A model generated the notes under the pieces. It was given only the letters and a program-made list of their open reading frames with translations, was not told the origin of the DNA and did not search any database. A stretch of DNA of 11,443 bases from Nitrospinota bacterium (GTDB lineage Bacteria; Nitrospinota; Nitrospinia; Nitrospinales; VA-1), in the NCBI GenBank assembly GCA_038108555.1, contig JAYNIA010000066.1:1-11443 (forward strand), in the 5' to 3' direction. Below, one piece after another: positions 7,329 through 11,443 of the stretch (position 1 is the first letter of the stretch; every line of letters begins with the position of its first letter). Made by a program: the position numbers and the translations under genes.

Positions 7329-8510
7329 AAAATCTACTTTAATCGTTTCCATATCAGCCAGAGCTTTATCCTGCAATTCTCTCAAAGGAAATTTTTCTTC
7401 GTCTTTTTTCAAAATGGGAATTTTTGCCCTTGTGACCGGGCGGGTCGGCATAAAAACGGAACAACAATCCGGTTGTGGCTCAATGCTCACCTCGTAGGTT
7501 TCAATCTTCTGGGCCAGCTTTATTATTCCCTCCTTATTCATTCCTATTAGGGGACGCAATAAATTCATCGATGTGACATCGGTCACTGCCTCCAGGTTCT
7601 CCAGAGTTTGCGAAGCCACCTGCCCTAAAGATTCTCCTGTCACCAGTCCATGCATTTCCTGCTGTCTTGCAATCGCGTCAGCTATCCGATACATCATTCT
7701 TCTATAAAGAACCACTCTGTTTTCTTCATTACAATTGTCCCGGATCGCCACTTGGATATCTTGAAAAGGAACCACAAAAAGTTTTGCACGGCCCTGGTAG
7801 CGGTTTATCTTTTTTGACATCTTTAGGACCTTTTCATATCCCCCCCTACCCAGGAAAGGTTGATTGTCAAAAAACACAAAGTGTACCCGACACCCTCGCA
7901 AGGCCATTAGATATGCAGCAACCGGACTATCGATTCCGCCCGAAAGAAGACACAATACATTACCCGAACTTCCCACCGGCAAACCGCAAAGGCAGGGATA
8001 TCGATTATCAAAAACGATGGTTTCCGTATTGCCTATTTCTATTTCGAGAGTATATTCGGCCCCCTTAATATCAACGACCAACCCCTTATCGCTGAGTTGG
8101 GACATTATTCTTGAACCGACTTCGTAATTTATTTCTGGAGATTTTTGGGGAAAGTTTTTTGCGGACCGGCGCGTCCTCACGCAAAATTTAAGTTCACCTT
8201 CAGGTTTGAGCAAAGGTTTGATCCATTGCACACCCAGGGCAGCCATACCTTCAAAGTCCGGATCTACCGAAAGCCCTATACTAAAGGATGCAATACCCGG
8301 AATATTTTTTAACAACTCCGCGCATTCGCTAGCTACCGATTCTGAAAGGTCAATAAAAATTCGGCCACGTGGAATTCGATATTCGATGTCTTTATCATCC
8401 GGCAGGGCCCGTTTTATATTTTTCAATAAAATTTTTTCAAAATACTTTCTATTTCTTCCCTTCAATCCAATCTCATCATATCGGACCAAAATGGTTCTTT
8501 TATCTTTCAT
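7323..8510 (-). CDS. thiI: tRNA 4-thiouridine(8) synthase ThiI, short form without C-terminal rhodanese domain
   Basis: ILVRYDEIGLKGRNRKYFE N-terminus, THUMP-like region, GLPVGSSG, PP-loop LLSGGIDSPVA, TGESLGQVASQTLENL, LRPLIG, PQPDCC; 395 aa. Confidence 0.95.
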   Translation of the reverse strand: MKDKRTILVRYDEIGLKGRNRKYFEKILLKNIKRALPDDKDIEYRIPRGRIFIDLSESVASECAELLKNIPGIASFSIGLSVDPDFEGMAALGVQWIKPLLKPEGELKFCVRTRRSAKNFPQKSPEINYEVGSRIMSQLSDKGLVVDIKGAEYTLEIEIGNTETIVFDNRYPCLCGLPVGSSGNVLCLLSGGIDSPVAAYLMALRGCRVHFVFFDNQPFLGRGGYEKVLKMSKKINRYQGRAKLFVVPFQDIQVAIRDNCNEENRVVLYRRMMYRIADAIARQQEMHGLVTGESLGQVASQTLENLEAVTDVTSMNLLRPLIGMNKEGIIKLAQKIETYEVSIEPQPDCCSVFMPTRPVTRAKIPILKKDEEKFPLRELQDKALADMETIKVDFL

Positions 8511-8521
8511 CGATCAGCCGC

Positions 8522-9685
8522 TCAATTTTGGAATGCAGGTAGTAACTTATTAAAAGCATTGGAAAATGCTTCAAGAAACTTATCTATTTCTTCCAGAGTG
8601 TTGGATTTTGAAAAAGACACACGCAAACTACAACGGGCCTGCTCTTCCGTTAAACCCATTCCCATCAGTATTTTCGAAGGCTCTTTGGAATGTGCGCTAC
8701 AGGCACTCCCCATACCCACATATATCTCATCTTCTTCTAAATGATGGACCATCACCTCCCCTTCCACCGGAGGAAAACTGAAATTAACAATTGCAGGAGA
8801 TTGGAATTCTCCCGAAGGAGAATTAAACAAAATAGGAATTTCCAACTGATTCAACTTCTTCACTAAGTGCTCTTGAAGTTTTTTGAAATGTTGTTCGGTT
8901 TCCTTCTGTTGGGATACAGCAATCTCCACAGCATCCGCAAAAGCCATAATTAAAGGAACGGGCAAAGTTCCTGCCCGCACACCATATTGCTGCTTACCTC
9001 CATGTAATTGCGGATTTAAACTTAATCTGGAATCATAAACTAACAACCCAATGCCTTTAGGTCCATGAAACTTGTGTGCAGAGATTGAATAGCCGGATAG
9101 ACCGCCCCACATCGACTTGGGTATTTTTGTTTTTCCCACTGCCTGGACACCATCCAGAAACAAACGGGTCTGGGGTGATTCCTTTTCCAGAGCGGTAATC
9201 AAGGAAACAGGATCGTTGATTGAGCCCAATTCATTATTCACATGGGAAAGACAAAGTAACCTGACTCGTTTTTCTTGCAGTAAAGGAAGGCTGGATGTGT
9301 CAAGTCGCCCCTCTTTGTTGAATTCTAACAGAGAAACCGGGGCATTATTAAATGCCTTAAAAGAATTGAGAGTTTCAGTCACACTGGGATGCTCCAACCC
9401 AAGATGCGCAATTTTTTTATCGGGAAAGCAGAGCCCCTTTATAAAAAGGTTGTTGGATTCTGTTCCGCCGCTGGTGAACACCAAATTATGGGAAGCAGGA
9501 ATTCCCAACACAGAAGAAATTTTTTCAGCAGCTTCTTCAACTTTTTTTTTGGCATCGAGGCCAATTCCATACACCGCGCCACTGTTAGCAAATTGATCTT
9601 GCATATAGCTTTGCAGTGAATCGATAATTTGCGGATGCATAGGAGTGGTTGCAGCATTATCCAGATAAATCATTTGGCTTTTCAA
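8522..9685 (-). CDS. Group I (NifS/IscS-type) cysteine desulfurase
   Basis: YLDNAATT, FTSGGTESNN, EHPSV, HVNNELG, DGVQAVGK, SAHKFHGPKGIG (PLP lysine), RAGT, GSACSA (catalytic Cys), LRVSFS. Start is either TTG 9685 (TTGA overlap with the ubiX stop) or ATG 9673. Confidence 0.93.
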   Translation of the reverse strand: MKSQMIYLDNAATTPMHPQIIDSLQSYMQDQFANSGAVYGIGLDAKKKVEEAAEKISSVLGIPASHNLVFTSGGTESNNLFIKGLCFPDKKIAHLGLEHPSVTETLNSFKAFNNAPVSLLEFNKEGRLDTSSLPLLQEKRVRLLCLSHVNNELGSINDPVSLITALEKESPQTRLFLDGVQAVGKTKIPKSMWGGLSGYSISAHKFHGPKGIGLLVYDSRLSLNPQLHGGKQQYGVRAGTLPVPLIMAFADAVEIAVSQQKETEQHFKKLQEHLVKKLNQLEIPILFNSPSGEFQSPAIVNFSFPPVEGEVMVHHLEEDEIYVGMGSACSAHSKEPSKILMGMGLTEEQARCSLRVSFSKSNTLEEIDKFLEAFSNAFNKLLPAFQN

Positions 9686-10236
9686 ACCTGATAGGGGGGT
9701 ATTAAGTCCTGCTCGACATCCAAATGATCCATGATCCTTGCCACAACAAAATCTACAAGGCTTTCGACCGAGTTGGGTCCCTGATAAAATCCAGGGGATG
9801 CCGGAAGAATCAAAGCACCCGCATGATCCAAAGCAAGTAAATTTTTTAAATGAATCGTACTGAGGGGAGCCTCTCTGGGTACAACAATTAGTTTGCGCTT
9901 TTCTTTCAGCACCACATCCGCCACCCGCTCGATCAAATTTCCCGATACACCAGCAGCAACCCTCCCAATCGTACCCATACTTGCAGGAACAATAACCATA
10001 CCATCGACCCGAAATGATCCACTGGCAATGGATGTATTTATTTTTTTCGTTTTATGAAGCGTTACATTCTTACCTTTAAAGTAAGAAGGTTTGAGTCCCA
10101 GCTCAATATTCAACAGTTCTGCACCCCGCTCGGAGATAATCACATGGACTTCCGCCTGGGATTTAAGGCAGTCAAACAACCTCTTTCCATAGCAAACACC
10201 ACTTGCTCCTGTTATAGCAATGACAAAACGTTTCAT
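9682..10236 (-). CDS. ubiX: Flavin prenyltransferase UbiX
   Basis: IAITGASG, SIASGS, VPASMGT, RVADVVLKEKR, VPREAPLSTIHLKNL, PASPGFY, VDFVVARIMD. ATGA overlap with the tmk stop. Confidence 0.94.
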   Translation of the reverse strand: MKRFVIAITGASGVCYGKRLFDCLKSQAEVHVIISERGAELLNIELGLKPSYFKGKNVTLHKTKKINTSIASGSFRVDGMVIVPASMGTIGRVAAGVSGNLIERVADVVLKEKRKLIVVPREAPLSTIHLKNLLALDHAGALILPASPGFYQGPNSVESLVDFVVARIMDHLDVEQDLIPPYQV

Positions 10237-10841
10237 AGGTCTAACTCTAAAAGATCTTTAACTTCCTGCAACACCTGACCATGTACTTTCTCTAAAGCCG
10301 CATCACTGGAAACAAAGCGTATGTTTGAACCGGTAAAACTTTTAAATATATTTTGTACATCGATTAAATAATCCCGTTTCTCAAAAGAACTTTTACCTTC
10401 ACGGGAAGATTCAATTCTCTCCAGACATTTTTCAGGGGAGTTGTGAAAAATAAGCACCCTGTCCGGAATTGGAGCAAACGTTTCATTCTTTGAAATTATT
10501 TCCTGGGGGTCGAATCCCAATGCACCTTGATAAGCCGCTGTGGAAAAGTAGTAACGATCCATCAATACCACCTTACCTTCTTTTAAAGCAGGATTAATGT
10601 TGAGTTCCACATCTTCTTTTCTATCGTTTATGAACCATTCCAGCTCTTCTTCTGGGCTGACCCCATCCCTTCCTTCCGTCAGTAACCGCCGAATTTTCAT
10701 CCCCCATTTACCTTTTGTCGGTTCAGCCAGGGCGATAGTGGATAATCCTTTTCCCTTCAAAACCTCGGCAAGCATTCTGCACTGCGTACTTTTACCCGTA
10801 CCATCAATACCTTCGAAAACAATTAACAAACCACGAGACAA
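10233..10841 (-). CDS. tmk: Thymidylate kinase
   Basis: P-loop FEGIDGTGKST, EPT, MDRYYFSTAAYQG, PD. TTG at 10841 (GGGAG 8 nt upstream) gives the usual short N-terminus MSRGLLIVFEG; the track's TTG at 10889 (AGGAG 5 nt upstream) is an alternative start. Confidence 0.92.
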   Translation of the reverse strand: MSRGLLIVFEGIDGTGKSTQCRMLAEVLKGKGLSTIALAEPTKGKWGMKIRRLLTEGRDGVSPEEELEWFINDRKEDVELNINPALKEGKVVLMDRYYFSTAAYQGALGFDPQEIISKNETFAPIPDRVLIFHNSPEKCLERIESSREGKSSFEKRDYLIDVQNIFKSFTGSNIRFVSSDAALEKVHGQVLQEVKDLLELDL

Positions 10842-10880
10842 TGGAAATACTCCCAATACAGAATTAAATCGAAAAATATT

Positions 10881-10948
10881 AACCCCCAAATTTTCTCCTG
10901 TCAGTCAGAAATGCGTAATTTCCTGCTGCACATGGAAATTTGGGGGTT
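10881..10948 (-). other. 68-nt extended imperfect hairpin in the tmk leader (13-bp perfect closing inverted repeat)
   Basis: AACCCCCAAATTT (10881-10893) and AAATTTGGGGGTT (10936-10948) are exact reverse complements. On the - strand the interior pairs further (CC/GG, UGU/ACA, CAG/CUG, CA/UG, GAAAU/AUUUC) around a UACGC loop. Confidence 0.75.
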
Positions 10949-10954
10949 TCAATT

Positions 10955-10983
10955 AATTTATTGGAAGCGGAGAAAAATAGCAA
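10955..10983 (-). promoter_or_regulatory. Putative sigma70 promoter for tmk-ubiX-desulfurase-thiI
   Basis: On the - strand: TTGCTA (10983-10978), 17-bp spacer, TAAATT (10960-10955), immediately downstream of the MCP terminator; predicted start near 10948-10949. Confidence 0.6.
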
Positions 10984-10990
10984 GTTGAAT

Positions 10991-11053
10991 AAAAAGGAAA
11001 AACAAGGCCCCGGGCAATGCAAAGCAAACCCGCTCTTTGCACTCCCCAGAGCC
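10991..11053 (-). terminator. Intrinsic terminator of the MCP gene
   Basis: On the - strand GGCUCUGGG-G-AGUGCAAAG / 10-nt loop / CUUUGCAUU-G-CCCGGGGCC gives 18 pairs, three of them G-U wobbles that work only on this strand, followed by UUGUUUUUCCUUUUU; 24 nt after the MCP stop. Confidence 0.82.
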
Positions 11054-11077
11054 GAGGAGGGATACCAAACAGTTTAT

Positions 11078-11443
11078 TTAATACTTAAACTGGCCTACTA
11101 GTTTTTGCAGGTCTGCCGCCATATCAGCCAATTGACCTGCTGCACTTTGGGTTTGACCAATTCCCTGAGAAGTATCTTCCGCAGCTTGGGCAACCCCACT
11201 GATATTCTCGGTTATCTCGGTGGTCCCTTTTGCTGCCTCACCGACATTCCGTCCTATTTCAGCCGTAGTGGCCGTCTGTTCCTCGACCGCACTGGCAATG
11301 GTTGTGGAAATATCGCTGATCTGGTTAATGATCATGCTAATTTCCCCAATAGCATCTACTGCACTATTTGTGTCATTTTGGATAGCCTGTATTTTTGACC
11401 CAATTTCGTCGGTGGCTTTTGCTGTCTGATTGGCAAGCTCCTT
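11078..11443 (-). CDS. Methyl-accepting chemotaxis protein, C-terminal part (5' end beyond the window)
   Basis: Frame is open to the window edge: [22 protein letters not shown]...[19 protein letters not shown]...[10 protein letters not shown], typical of the MCP signalling and methylation helices. The track's ATG at 11335 is internal. Confidence 0.93.
   Translation of the reverse strand, partial: KELANQTAKATDEIGSKIQAIQNDTNSAVDAIGEISMIINQISDISTTIASAVEEQTATTAEIGRNVGEAAKGTTEITENISGVAQAAEDTSQGIGQTQSAAGQLADMAADLQKLVGQFKY

Noticed and set aside
10901..10933. 10-codon uORF MCSRKLRISD on the - strand inside the leader hairpin, with Cys at position 2 upstream of a cysteine desulfurase operon
   Set aside because: No SD, a single Cys codon and a length expected by chance; not enough to call a leader peptide without conservation data.
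277..11429. Short alternative-frame and antisense ORFs in the track (e.g. 4020-4400 -, 7667-8068 +, 9117-9596 +, 10597-10956 +)
   Set aside because: They lie within or opposite well-supported genes, show no recognisable motifs and are best explained as shadow ORFs.

Overview
Gene-dense, AT-rich bacterial window with two convergent blocks. The + strand carries the end of a cobalamin lower-ligand/nucleotide-loop cluster (5'-truncated bluB, cobD-type Thr-P decarboxylase, cbiB, cobT). Three non-canonical envelope genes sit tightly between cbiB and cobT: a secreted protein of exact 25-aa Dx[DN]xDG repeats, a lipoprotein monoheme cytochrome c and a UreH/NiCoT-like HX4DH permease. A separately promoted dapL-like aminotransferase and folK follow. 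The - strand carries the 3' end of a methyl-accepting chemotaxis protein with a clear intrinsic terminator, then a predicted sigma70 promoter whose transcript would begin with a 68-nt bulged hairpin, then tmk, ubiX, a group I cysteine desulfurase and a rhodanese-less thiI. No mobile elements, CRISPR arrays, rRNA or tRNA were seen. The best novelty candidates are the three-gene module inside the B12 operon (possible cobalt-acquisition module, inference only) and the structured tmk leader. All calls come from motif recognition by eye; no searches were run.
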